Positions 32,111-48,929 of a stretch of 64,000 nucleotides of DNA are shown here, one piece after another. The notes under the pieces were generated by a model, which had not been told where the DNA came from, searched no databases, and saw nothing but the letters and a program-made list of their open reading frames with translations. The first letter of the stretch is position 1. Every line of letters starts with the position of its first letter. A program made the position numbers and the translations under genes. The stretch lies in assembly GCF_009914755.1 (NCBI RefSeq), contig NC_060929.1. The stretch is one strand, 5' to 3'. Source of the stretch: the human T2T-CHM13v2.0 reference genome, Homo sapiens.

Positions 32111-33949
32111 TAAAGTGAAATGATTTTTTAATATTGCCTGCCTTTTTTTAAAAATCATGATTCATTTTTCTGTTACCAAAGCTGTATGTGCTTACTGTAG
32201 AAAACTTAGAAATTATAGAAACGTGAAAGGAAAAACTGTTAAACTTACCACAAAGATGCAGGCAATCCATTTGTTTTATTTTATTTAGTGTTTATTCAAC
32301 ATAAACTTTTTCTCCAGTCTGATTATAGGACTTGTTTAATTTTATATTCTACCTTTTTTCACTTAATGCTGTAACAAATCATTTTTTATATCATTTCAAA
32401 CTCATCATTAATATATTCTAAATGACTGCATTATGTTATGGCTATGACAGACATATTAGGATTTCTTAATAATTCTTACCCTGTCAAATACTGGGTTTGT
32501 TTCTAGTATTTTCCTGTTACATTGTAATAAACATCTTTGTGAATATATACTTAGATGCTCAGTAAACCTTTATGCATTATGAATGAATTAGAGAAGCCTT
32601 CTTAGGATTTAGGGTTATTCCTCAAGAGGATGATTACTAGGTGAAAGGGTATAAACCAAAATAAAACAAAACATCTTATTTAGTTTGATAAATGGCTTTC
32701 TGAAATCATTTTGGGGAATATACACAGAAACGCAAACGTTGCATTCAGAAGATTTCTTAGCTTCTAGAGAAAGATATAACACTATTTCAAAAATAGGTTC
32801 TTTAATAACTAGGTAATTAATTACTTTGGATTTTAGGAGGCCAGTAAAAAGCCCAGATATTTTTGTAATATTATAGCGCCCCCTCTTTTAAACTTTTGTA
32901 TTACTTTAGTGCACAAATTAAACAAGCTTTTGTTATGTGTATTTTGTTTTATTATAGAACATGTAGAAGGAATCTGATCAAATACTCAAGCAGTTAGAGA
33001 AAATAGAAATAACTCTTATGTGTTAGATAATTGCCAAGATACTTTGAAAACAAAGCCTGCTTCTTTGGAATCAAATTTATTTAAATATTTTTAAGGCTTT
33101 GTGACTCTGGTTTCCTGATTCTTTGTTTTGTATCCTTTTTCATTGTGATCAATTTCTCAATGAAATTATCCTTCAAGGTTTTACGTTTTCTAAATAACAG
33201 CAATACAGAAATGTTTTCCCTCAATTTAATGTGTTTTTGGTTTTTTTTTTTTTTTTTTTGGTTTTGTGGTCAACATGACTTTTTAAAAGACAATATTATG
33301 TAGTCAGGTATATTGATACAAATCATATGTATATAATTTCTGCATAACGCAATGCAAACTTCCTCCATATATGTGGGTGTGTGTGTAAGATTTTTTCATA
33401 TTTCAGGCTGTCAAGTGGAAAGTCTACATTTATCCATAATAAGATTTTATAAGCTAACAAAAACACTGTTTCAGATGCTACTTACCTTTGAAGAGTGAAA
33501 ATACACAATATTAATACACCATTAGAGGTTAGTATTTATGTGGAGAAAATGATAATAGAGACTTGGAGGAGAAAATCTCTGTTAAAAATACTCCAAACAT
33601 TTTAGGCAATTTAGAATTAAAATATTGTTTTACTAAAATTCTTTTAAAAATTTTGTGGGATTCCATAGTAAAGAAACAAATACTGTCTTCACTTGTCTTT
33701 TCTAGCTTCTGAATCGTGTAGTCTCTGAAACCCAGAGGCAGTTGATAAATACAGAATTTTTAAAACAGAATATGTTTAGAAGTACCTTTAAATTTCATTA
33801 GATACCTTTTCATGTATTAGAAATGACAGTAATGTAAATGAATAATATAAATATTTTGACATAAAAGTATTAACAATGAATTAGACATCTGGACAAGTAA
33901 AATGCTCAATTCAATAAAGTAAATATGCACTAACTTTTTAAACATCTTG

Positions 33950-35700
33950 AATTCAGTTCCAGAAATAGTTTTTAAGCATTTACTACATGTGAGTTACTAG
34001 GCAAGGTATTCGTGATATAGGCAGGTTTTATTTTCTGTCATGGAGCTTATGGGCTAGCAGGAAATACATATGTTAAGCCAGTAAATATAAGTTTGATGAC
34101 TAGTACAAAGGAGGAAGTACATGGAAACCAATAGCAAGGAATTAGAAACTGTGACAGGCAGAGAAGTTTTCAGATGGAGGAAAAAGCACCTGAAAGACGA
34201 CAGGTTTATTTTTTGAGCATTTCAAATATGGAGGTACCTGAGATATCCAGGTGGAGATTGTCAGGTTTGTAGTCTGAGACATGGGAGCAAATTGTAAACT
34301 AGAAATTGAGGTTTGGAAATCATTGAGTTTATAATTTCAGTCATGAGAATGGAAGAGATCACTTAGAGGATATATTAGAACTAACATTTAAATGACAAGT
34401 AGAATTGAAGGAGCTTATGACAGTGATTGGGAAGGAACAGCCAAATACCAAAGGAAGAGAGCATTTCTTAGGGGTGAATCATGTCACATGTTGCTACTAA
34501 GTAAAGATAGAGGGAAGCAGGGTCAGAGAGAGAAGATAATAATTCTCACAGCCATGAAGTAGGTGCTAGTATTTTCCTATTAACTAGATGAAGAAACCCA
34601 GACTCAGTGGTTAAGTATCTTTCTCTAAATTGGATACTAGAAAGTGATGGTGCTATAATTTGAACCCAGGTCTGTCTGACTCCATAGTCTGAGCTTATAA
34701 TCACTACATAGTGTTAAAAAGTGAATTTAGTGACATGGAGATCATTGGTGATCAGTTTGTGGGACAGGAGAAGGAAATATTTCAAGATGGAGGGCAGTAT
34801 TGGATGCTATTTGAGAGGTCAGAAAAGAGAAGAATGGACATGTGACTGTTGGATTTTGTAAAATGGACTTCTCTGATAACCTAGACAATTATGATTTCAA
34901 TAACAATTGAGAGGAGAAGAAAGAAACCTAATTGGGATAAACTGACGAAAGAATATGAGGTGAGAGTGGAAGTAGTGATACAGGTAACTTTCGGAAATAG
35001 GACAGTTTATGTAGGGGAATGTGGATTCAGTAAATGGAGATACTAGAGGAGGTTTGTATGCAGATGCCACAGATCCATTGGGGGAGAAAATGATGCAGAA
35101 TGGAGAGGGATATATTAATACATTTCTTGAGAAAGTGAGATGTGAGATTCAGAGCACAAACGGAAAGGTAGGATTCAATCAGAGTGGGAACATTTCACTT
35201 GTCTTCATAGAGAAGAGTATGGGTCAGGTGAGTGGTTTTGATGGTGGAAAGAGAAAGTTGCAATGATCTGATTGCTTCTGTTTTCTCAATGCTGCTGTCA
35301 TGAGGTTGGGAGAATGGGGCGGTTCTAGTAGGTTTGAGAACAGAGGACAAAGTGTGAAATGGTTATTTTGGATATTGGACAATTGAACAAACTGGGTATT
35401 TTAGGGTATTTTTACTATTACTACACAGTGCTGATTGCCCAATTGTGATTTGTGATCACGAATTTGAGAGGAGAACTGTTGGCAGGTTGTGTAGTTTTCT
35501 TCATCTATTTTTAATTGCTCAGGTGCACATGTGGAGTAGGTGGATAATTGGGTTTAATCATGCTTTTATCTTTGCCGGGTGTTGTCAGTGGAGGGTGAAA
35601 AGGACAAAGGGTTTGTCTGTGTCTATGAAAGAGTAAATTTTAGTAACTGACCCTGGAGTCTAAATTGGGCCAGGTGGAAAGTGAGGATATTGTGTATGTG
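33950..35700 (-). mobile_element. Fragmented L2-like sequence with a MIR at ~34540-34710
   Basis: Purine-rich L2 antisense motifs (ggtacctgagatatccaggtggagattgtcagg; ggatgctatttgagaggtcag). MIR core aatttgaacccaggtctgtctgactcca. Boundaries approximate. Confidence 0.55.
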
Positions 35701-35773
35701 TGTTCGGGGCAGGGTGGTAAGTGATGAGAGGGAGAAACTATCTAGAAATATGCTGGAACCTAGCCATACTCTC

Positions 35774-36165
35774 TGATGTGGTTAGGCTTTGTGTCTGCAC
35801 CCAGATCTCATCTTGAATTGCAATCCTCACAATCCCCACAATCCCCACGTGTCAAGGGAGAGACCAGGTGGAGGTAGTTGAATCATGAGGGTGGTTCCCC
35901 CATGCTGTTCTCCTGATAGTGAGTGAGTTCTCACGAGATGTGATTGTTTTATAAGGGGCTCTTACCCCTTTGCTCAGCACTTCTCCTTCCTGCCAACTTA
36001 AGAAGAAGGTGTCTTGCTTCCTCTTCGCCTTCTGCCATGATTGTAAGTTTCTTGAGGCCTTCCCAGCCATGCTGAACTAAACTGTGAGTCAATTAAACCT
36101 CTTTCTTTTATAAATTACCCTTTCTTGGGCAGTTCTTCATAGCAGTATGAAAATGCAGTAATACA
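35774..36165 (+). mobile_element. THE1 (THE1C/D-like) MaLR solo LTR
   Basis: TG...CA termini (tgatgtggttaggctttgtgtc ... gtaataca); internal ctgccatgattgtaagtttc and caattaaacctctt. Confidence 0.9.
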
Positions 36166-38794
36166 GCTTTCCTAGAGGTTTATAGAGGAGCCTCAAATAG
36201 ATGCATTATTTTCCAGGATCACTCAGTGACTTTTAATTTGAGTCTTGAGATGTCTGTGGCTTGACCTGGTGTACAGTTTATCTGTTAAGACAAAGAAGTG
36301 GATACATGTAAAACTTGAAAGCTGGTCTTTTGCGAACCTTTACCCTGCATCACCTTGGAAACAAGTGGTCTAATTATATGAAGATTTATTCTGTATCCTA
36401 GGAGTTCCCAATGTGTGTCCAGTGGCTACTCGTTGATCTCTTGCTTCCTTGGTTGATAATATACCCAGCATCTGCTGGAGATAGTAGAGTATTAATTTCA
36501 TAATGAGCCCATTACACCAGTGATACTATATCCAGAAATCAATTAAAATGTGAGAATTTTGTATGTTGTTTGAATTATATTAGCTTTTGAACATCAGTGG
36601 TGATTTTTGGAATTGCTTTTCTGAATCTGGTATTCTTATTTTGAGGGTATTATTGTAAATTTTACTTCAAGACAGAGTAAAGATGTCTAGATTAAGTTTT
36701 CTTATGAGTAATTTGCATTATTGGATACTGAATCCAGTCCCAATTATTTTGGCAATAAAAGGAGTTGACAAACACTTCTTTCCTGGCATAGTTTAAATAA
36801 GATTTTAAGCATGTTTACAGTGTTAGTTACTATGTGAATACTTAAATATGTCTTTAATGGATTGTGGGGATTTTAGTCTTTTCAGATTTTTTCTTTCCTT
36901 TATATGAGAATTATTTAGAGGAAGTTAAACTTATATGAAGAGGAAGAATACTTGTAACTATATATTTCTCAGAAGAAATTATTGGGCACTTTTGGCTGTT
37001 TTGATGGTATTGGGAAAAGGGAAGATTATTCTATTAAGTTTTCATATAAAATCTCTTTATTTTTGTTTTTCAAAGTTTCTCAGCTGTCCTTAATACTTAT
37101 GATCCAAAGCTGCAACCTTTCAGAAATGCCATGTCCATATTTTAAAAAACTAAAATGCTTTAAGGATTTAATCAGATCCTCGAGTCTTATATCACAGGAC
37201 TTATTTGGAAATGTGGCCATCCCGAGATAGCTAATGATGATGAGTCTGGTTTGGGTGTTTTCTTTTTGCGTATTTAGCATCAACCCAGCACCATCGGTTC
37301 TGTGTTTTTGGTGTGTATCTGGATGATGTATTTGAGAATCTGCTGAAGACAGCTGTTCGGTTAGTGCACAAGGAACAGTCAATTTTAGTTACTTTATCAT
37401 ATGCTGGAGATTGATATTCATAAAGCAGTGGGAATATACCGTAACTAGGGTCATTGATGAACAAAGGGATAGAAATGGGGTTGATGAAGCAGTATTATTC
37501 TTTATCTCACGAATTATCCTAACCTTTGCTACCAGCACAAAGAAGAGACAGATAGGATTAATATAATCGAATTTTTACAAACTCATTTTAACTTGCTTGT
37601 TTCGTAAATGTTTGATTCCTAAGTATAATCAATGAATAGCAAATTATACAGTATTTTAAAAAATATATCATATTTTAAGCTTTTAAAAATTGGTTGACTA
37701 TCTGAAATTGACATAAATTTTGCTTATAGTCAGTAACTGCTATTATGACATCAGTGAAACTGTATGTTGTGATTGTTGCGGCTGGTTAACCAAAACATGT
37801 ATTTCACAAATGACATGTAATGGGTGAAGATGAAATGTAATGGAAAATGAATGTGTAGAAAGAAATTCTTGTTTATTTCATGTTTAAAGAACCTTGATTT
37901 TGTCTTTTAAAAAATTATTTTATACTTTTTAAAAATTACACAAGTAATTTACATTGAGGAAAAATAAAAAAATGTAAGAAAATAAAATTCACCTAGAATC
38001 CTACCTAGAGGTAATCACTTTGAGTGACGTATTTAATTGGCATATATCTTTCCAAGTCTGTCCATTGTAAACTAGTTGTCTTTCCCCATAAAGCATTATA
38101 TTGTAAACAACATCTTTTATTGTCAGTAAATGAGCTTCTACTCAGCAACATCATTTTAAATGACTACATAGGATTCTGTTGTTTGTATGTTCCATTTCTT
38201 ATTTCTTTTTTTGGTAAATATAATTTATTTATTCAAATAGTCCTTCAGCAGTACATTTGCCTTTAAAGCCATATTTAAAATACTATATACTAACATGTTG
38301 ACTAAAGTGATCAAGAAGATTTTAGAAATTCTATTCATGTAAATTCTGTTGGAATTCTAGTAATTGCTAAAATATTAGATTTTTATTGCTGAGAGACTTC
38401 CTTTTTCAGGGATTAACATGTTTAGACATATAGTTTAGAATGTCTTTTAAAACTATATGTGTGTTTGTTAATTCATGAGGTTTCTAAACCATGAGATTTT
38501 GCTCCTTCCCTTTCTTCCTCTCTTTCTCTTTCCCCCTCTTGGCTTCTTCTTTATGATAGAGTAGATACGAAGTTTCTTTCAGACATAAAGAAGTTCTACC
38601 CTATCCATTATAAAGGGGTAATTTTACCCATATTTAATGTGCTGCTACCTCCTTGGTGAGAGCAGTACCATAAATATCCCAGGATAACACCTTTGTTGTT
38701 GTCAACAGTAAAATGACCAGAATTGTCTAGGTACAACTTCATTTATGGAATCAGCAAAGGCTGGTGGAATTTTCTAGCCGAAAGGGATCTTAAG

Positions 38795-39005
38795 TGGATT
38801 TGTCAATGGATTCTTTTTTTTTTCTTTTCTGACAATGGATTCTTAATATGACACCAAAAGCATGAGCAATCAAAGAGAAAAGATAAATTGAACTTCATTA
38901 AAATTGAAAACTTTTGTGTATCAAAGAACATTGTCAAGAAATTGAAAGGACAACCTGAAGAATGGGAGAACACATTTTAAAATTACATATATTATGGGAT
39001 TTGTA
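38795..39005 (+). mobile_element. Old L1M ORF2 fragment carrying a solo poly(A) insertion
   Basis: tatgacaccaaaagca...aaattgaacttcattaaaattgaaaacttttgtg...gaatgggagaa. Confidence 0.75.
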
Positions 39006-42636
<3,631 letters not shown>

Positions 42637-42816
42637 TCATCATCCTCAATTTTAATACTTTGTATTTACTTAGTAGCTTTCAGCTATAGGACTCAAAAGT
42701 CTACAAATAGCCTCAAAACACCCCATTGAGGCAAGCATAGAGTAATCATTATTTTTTGTTAAAAGAGGAAGTGAATGGTGTTATTTAATTGTCAGTTTTA
42801 GAATAAGAGAATAAAA

Positions 42817-43228
42817 CATCTTTTAAAAATATGCTGCTAGTTACAGCATGGTCTTTTTTTAAAATGAGAAACCAGAAGTTTTTCTCCTTCATGTTAAGGG
42901 ATGGTCCAATTTTCATCCCCATTTTCCTTTGGTTATTTTTGCCACTTTTTTACTGATTGTAATTATGTGTTGACTTCATTTGATTCTAAAGTATAAGAAA
43001 ATATGAGAATTATAAGCATAAACTTTAAGTAGTTTCATTGACCTGTTTTAATTTGTGAAATCTTTTTTTGCTATAAACAGATGAGTACAATAATTTATAG
43101 GTAGCTTTGTGAGTGGGTATTTTGTTTCCAGCTATACAGAAGTTGCATAATAGCTACCCACTCAGGTATTTTACATTGGCATGGTAGTAACTGTTTAATA
43201 ATAAGACTGCTACTACATAATAGCATAT
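42817..43228 (+). repeat. Copy 1 of a ~410-bp dispersed local duplication (partner at 52325-52948)
   Basis: Alignable end to end with 52325-52948 (aaaatatgctgctagttacagcatggtc ... ataagactgctactacata). Confidence 0.95.
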
Positions 43229-46200
43229 TTGTGCATCTTTTCGACACTACACATGAATGACCTTTATGAATAAAATAGTGCTACCTAATTCTATATATTT
43301 TGGCTATATGTTTCCTAAAAGTGATAATCTTTGGAGATGGACAGATCTTACATAGGTTAAGATACAGGATAAGTTTAAAAATACAAATTAAAATGGAGTC
43401 TAATTAATAGTCGTTCCTGAAAAAATATAAGCCTTTCCCATGAGGACATTTTCTGTCAAGAGGTAAGTGTGGGTCAGGGCTCATTTGGAGGCTGAGGGGG
43501 CATCTGATTTCTTCATAATATTATATAAAATTTGTGAGTGGCTAAGCTACCTCATTGTTTCTTCTGTGGATAAGGGCCTGCTGCCTTGAATTCTAGTCAG
43601 CCTGGATGGGTGGGGCTGATCTAAGCTGAGGGTCTTGATAGCTGCAGAGCACACAGTAATCATCATACCTGATAACACCATATTGAAATGATCAAGACAA
43701 TAATGATAATAGATAGCATTTATTGACCAATTAATATGTGCCAGGTATTGTTCTGTGGGCTTTTATGTTTTTTTCTCATTGGAGCTTTGCAGTGAGTTAC
43801 TTCTTTTATTGGCCCAGAGGGCTGAAAATAATTTGCAGCTTAATAAAGTAGCTACTTTGCTTCTATAGTGATTGGTTTGCCACCTGTTTTAAGTGTGGGC
43901 CATGGCTTCTCTAATAAACCCTATTCTTTATCTTGCTCTTAAACATTTTGTTTTGATAGCCATGAAACCCTCCTCAGGGTAGGTGATTTATTTCCATTTG
44001 CCAAATGTGAAGAGTGAGAGAATGACCTTGATAAAGGGTTGGGTTGAGAATTGTTCCTGTTTTTTTCCTGGTGGGGCTTTACGGGTGATGGAGCACTTAG
44101 AATACTAGAGAATTAGAGAATTTAGGGGCATAAAATAGAATCCATACTGGATTTTATTAGAGCTTAGCCACTCAACCACAATAAAAGTAGGCAAGAGGTC
44201 AGCTGAGATACTGATTGACTTCATATGCCCTTGGAGCAGACAGGCAGTGTCTGAGGGGACCTGAGTTCCCAGCCACCCAGCCTCAAGCTGCGTTATTACT
44301 TAACTGCTTTGTAGAGTGTAAACATTATCATTTTCTGTCAGTGCCAGAATGTGAGTTAGGCTTGGGAAGCATAATTTCACTCAGAAATGGAAAGAAGAAG
44401 AAATGTTATTTTGTTACTTTTATTTTTAAACTAGTTCTCTCTCCTATTGTTTAATTGATGATGAGATATATAAATATTCATATTGGATTTAAAACTTGAA
44501 ATTTGTACTGGGTAGTTTATTGTTAGTGATCTCAAAAGTTATAGCATAAAAGTTACTTGCATAAAAGTGTAAACATTTCCTGAGCAATGCAATATGTGGC
44601 CACCAGTCAGTTGTGTTAGTTGACAAAGGGCAAACATGACCTGTTTTCTGAGAGTGCTGTTCACCTGGGTTCTTTTCATTTTCAGTACTCCTTTTGGAGA
44701 AGTTTGGTTTACTAGTAGTTTCAGGTAATCTTTGGAGCTCTGATATAAAAATTCTTTCAGATAGTTTAGGTAAGACTTATACATTAAGTGATTTATATGG
44801 CAAGTTGGCCCAAAGTCGTATACATAGGCCACCTTTATTCATCACACAGTTTTCCTTAATCCTCATCTCTGCCAGCCTTGACCACAGAACTTACTTTTCT
44901 TTTTCTTTTTCTTTTTGCACATACATTTTAAAGTGAGTGATAGCCCTTCATTTTTTTTTTTAATATACAGTGGGACCTCGTTTAGGGAGGGATGGAATTT
45001 AGGGTCTCACTTTAGTGCAAAAGGTAATAATCTCAGAGACAAGGCTGTTCTTGAGAGGGAGCGGGAGTGCTTTGGGAAAGTACCACATTGGATCCCAGTA
45101 TAACATTTCTAAATAAGTCCATGATAGCTATGTTATTTTTCTTTAGCAGTTTTGTTGGAACTGTTGCTGTTTCTTTAGTTAAGCACTCAGAATACATTTA
45201 TGTATCTTTTAACATTGGTATCATCTTTAGCACACATGAGATCCTGGAAACACATGAGACCTTGGCATACATTGACTGAGTAAACAGCAGATTCACCTTT
45301 TCCATCTCACAGTCACTCTAGGGCTTACACTTTTTCAGGGGAATTGTGGACTTAATTGTCTGCATTATTTAGTTATTCTATTTCTGGTTGCAGAGTTTAT
45401 AGTTGAATTAATACAAGTGAATCATAGTTAAATTCACATAAATATGAAGTTTCTATTAACTGATGACTTGGGTTGTTTGTGCATTGTCCTTATGTTTTAT
45501 TTATATATGCCATCAGAATCTTCAGATTCTCATTTCTTTGAATTTAAAAACGCTACTATTTTCATTAAGAAAGTCTCCTGTCTGTTTCCATTTTCTACTG
45601 ATTTTAGCATCAGAGGCTGTTAGGGGAGATAAAAGATTCTTAAATATATATTCTATATTTGTTAGATAAATGTATTTTTGTAAAAATTTTGTAGATAAAC
45701 AGACATCCTGTGTATTCTGGTAAGAAAAAGAGAGGATAGTATAGATGATTGCTGCTAATTTTTAAATTGACAAAGTGAGGAATGTGACTATATTGGTTTA
45801 ATGAGTGCCTAATTTGAAGAATTCTAACATAGTTGTTTTTTCCCCTCCATATGTGTTGATTGTGATTCTATTGCTTTCAGCCAAATTATTTTAATTAGAT
45901 TTAGATTCAGGAATGACTGCCTCCCACAGTTTCTACTCTTGTAGGCTTTACTTACACTGCTTTAAACAATAGGGGTTTACCTTTATATTAGGAGCATTAA
46001 TTATCTATTAATTTTCCTCATTTAGAACCATTAAATTTAATATATCACATTTATTAATATAAGAGAAAATTATAGAAGTCAATTATCTTAACAAATTGAG
46101 GTCCTACAATTTTTGAGAAGTGTTAAGTTTATTATATTTAAAAAAGTCTAGCTGAGGATTACTATTTGTGGTTTCTTTTTTCTTCATGTTAATAATAATG

Positions 46201-47429
46201 TAGAGAGTGCTTAGACTTTGTTACTAAATAGCTGTGTGCCCTGAGACCAAAACATTTCACCTCCCTGGCCTTCCTGCATTTATGTACAAAATAAAGGGTT
46301 AAGCTGTCCTACTATCCAGTTCCAAAATAACTCTGTATTATATTTTTGACAAATAATAGAGAATAAGGTGAAGGACCAGTGGTGGCACTGGTATGTAGTA
46401 AAAACAGTACAGGGTTTGTTATCACACTGTCTTGACACTTAGGAAGTTGCTAGAGGATGTCAAGCAGATTACTTAACTGATTGAGGCTCAAATTCTGATC
46501 TGAAAATTGGAACAATAGTAGGTGCCTCACAAGGTTTTTCTGGAAATTAAATATGACAGCAAATATAAAAGCATCTATTACAGTACAGTTTCATTCATTG
46601 ATATCTTCATTTCCTTGAAGAGGTCTTTCCAGATTGGGGCTGGAGAATTAAAATGCTCAGGTTCTTACAACACCATTATTTGAGCTGGAAAATATGCCCT
46701 TTAAGCAACATTTTCGTTCTACTTCATATCTATAGAAAGTTGGTGGCCTGAAGGCCTTTTGAATTTTGAATACTTTCCATCTCTTTTAGTCTAGGTGGTA
46801 TCACTTTGGCCAGTACAACTCTTAGAATTTTTGTAGGCATTCTTTAATCTAATTCCATAACCCCCTCAAGTTAGAAGAAGTTCTTTATAATTCTTTTAGA
46901 GACATTAACAAAGGGTTTTGTAGTTACTCTTCTGCTTTGATCTGTCCCAGACTATATTGTATTTGGAGACTATTTTGCCAGCTTATACACTGGAGATGAG
47001 AAGAGTTGTATTTTCCAACCCTGCACAGTCCTTGCCCCCTTTATTTTTTCTAAATTCTCCTTGTAACTGATCAGTTGTTTGTTTAGCTCATCTCTTTGTT
47101 GCCATATTGCCTTATGGTGTACAGTTAGGAACAACCAGTTGATTTTCAGTTTTCTGCCTAGAGATCTCAGGCAAATCCAAATGTTTATTAAGTAAATATT
47201 TCATCCTCTGAGTTTTATAGGGAACACAATTTTGCCGATTTTTTGTTGCTACATATCAGAAGTTCCTATTTTTTCAGCCACCAATAACAATTTTTTAATG
47301 AATTTCTAGTTTTTCCTAATAGATTGCTCACTGTTTTTCAAGCTGAAGGCCACTGTTTAACTCCAAAACCAATACTACATATTTTATTTTTATTTTTTTA
47401 AATTGTGGCAGGACCTTACCTTTGGTAAC

Positions 47430-47906
47430 ATCAGTTAGCTATTGCTAATAACATACCATTTCAAAATGTAGTGGTTTAAAACAATAACCATTTATTATTG
47501 TTCACAAGTCTGTAGGTGGGCAAGGCAGTTGGCTGGCTAGGCTTGGCTGATCCAAGGCTGACTTGCTCATGTTTCAGCAGTTTGCCGGGTCTAGTTTGGG
47601 ATGATTTTAATCAGTGGGATGAGTGGACTTTATGTCGGTTATCATTTAGCAGGTTACCCTGGGCTGTTCACTTGGTTCAGAGACAGCAGAAAAGATGTAG
47701 GATAGGTCTTTGGAGATCTGGTACAGAACAGGCACACCGTTATTTTCATCATATTCTGTTGGCCAAAGGAATTTGAAAGAATAGGCCAGATTTAAGGAAT
47801 AGGGAAGTAGATTCTAATTGTTGATGGAACATGCTGCAAAGTCACACTTCAAAGGTTATGTTTATAGTGAGAGGTGAAGAATTGGAGTCATTTTTGCAAT
47901 TTACCA
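47430..47906 (-). mobile_element. Old MaLR LTR (MLT1-type)
   Basis: tcagttagctattgct...gtggtttaaaacaataaccatttattattgttcac...catttttgcaatttacca. Confidence 0.7.
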
Positions 47907-48275
47907 AAATATATGTGTTTAATTTTAAAGTAGTTGTACAGTTTATACTCCCACCAGCAGTGTATATAAGTTGTGATTGTTCTACATCATGTCTAGAACT
48001 GCTAGTAACAGTCTTTTTAGTTTTAGCTATTTTGGTGGGTGTCTAGTGGTATTTTATTGTGGTTTTAATAGTCTCAATTGCTAAGATGGCTTTCCTTTAC
48101 CTTTTTTTTTTTTTTAGTCAACCATTTGAATATCTACTTTTGTGAAAGGGAAGGGGAGGTGTGCCTCCAAAGTCTGTGTTACCTTTTGGGCTGCCATTTT
48201 TTCTAGATCCTGGCCTGTAAATCATGACTTGTTAACTCTCCAAGGCCTTCAAGCAGATGCCTGCCTGCCTGCAGA

Positions 48276-48929
48276 TTCCTTCCTCCCTCCCTCCCTTCCC
48301 CTCCCTCCCTTCCCCTCCCTCCCTCCTCTCCCTCCCTCCTCTCTCTCCGTCTCCTCTCTCTCCGTCTCCTCTCTCTCCGTCTCCTCTCTCTCCGTCTCCT
48401 CTCTCTCCGTCTCCTCTCTCTCCGTCTCCTCTCTCTCCGTCTCCTCTCTCTCCGTCTCCTCTCTCTCCGTCTCCTCTCTCTCCGTCTCCTCTCTCTCCGT
48501 CTCCTCTCTCTCCGTCTCCTCTCTCTCCGTCTCCTCTCTCTCCGTCTCCTCTCTCTCCGTCTCCTCTCTCTCCGTCTCCTCTCTCTCCCTCTCCTCTCTC
48601 TCCCTCTCCTCTCTCTCCCTCTCCTCTCTCTCCCTCTCCTCTCTCTCCCTCTCCTCTCTCTCCCTCTCCTCTCTCTCCCTCTCCTCTCTCTCCCTCTCCT
48701 CTCTCTCCCTCTCCTCTCTCTCCCTCTCCTCTCTCTCCCTCTCCTCTCTCTCCCTCTCCTCTCTCTCCCTCTCCTCTCTCTCCCTCTCCTCTCTCTCCCT
48801 CTCCTCTCTCTCCCTCTCCTCTCTCTCCCTCTCCTCTCTCCCCCTCTCCTCTCTCTCTCCCTCTCCTCTCTCTCTCCCTCTCCTCTCTCTCTCCCTCTCC
48901 TCTCTCTCCCTCCCCCCCCTTTCTCCCTC
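48276..48929. repeat. Polypyrimidine VNTR: 16x CTCCTCTCTCTCCGT (48336-48575) then 17x CTCCTCTCTCTCCCT (48576-48830), with degenerate C/T flanks
   Basis: Counted directly from the sequence. Confidence 0.97.

Noticed and set aside
37234-37350. Possible C/D box snoRNA (ATGATGA ... CTGA)
   Set aside because: No convincing terminal stem, D' box or recognisable rRNA/snRNA guide; the motifs are short enough to occur by chance.
43132-43468. Possible cryptic sense exon (ttttgtttccag at 43131, GAG|GTAAGT at 43463)
   Set aside because: 331 nt with stop codons and no similarity to COMMD10; motifs alone are insufficient.
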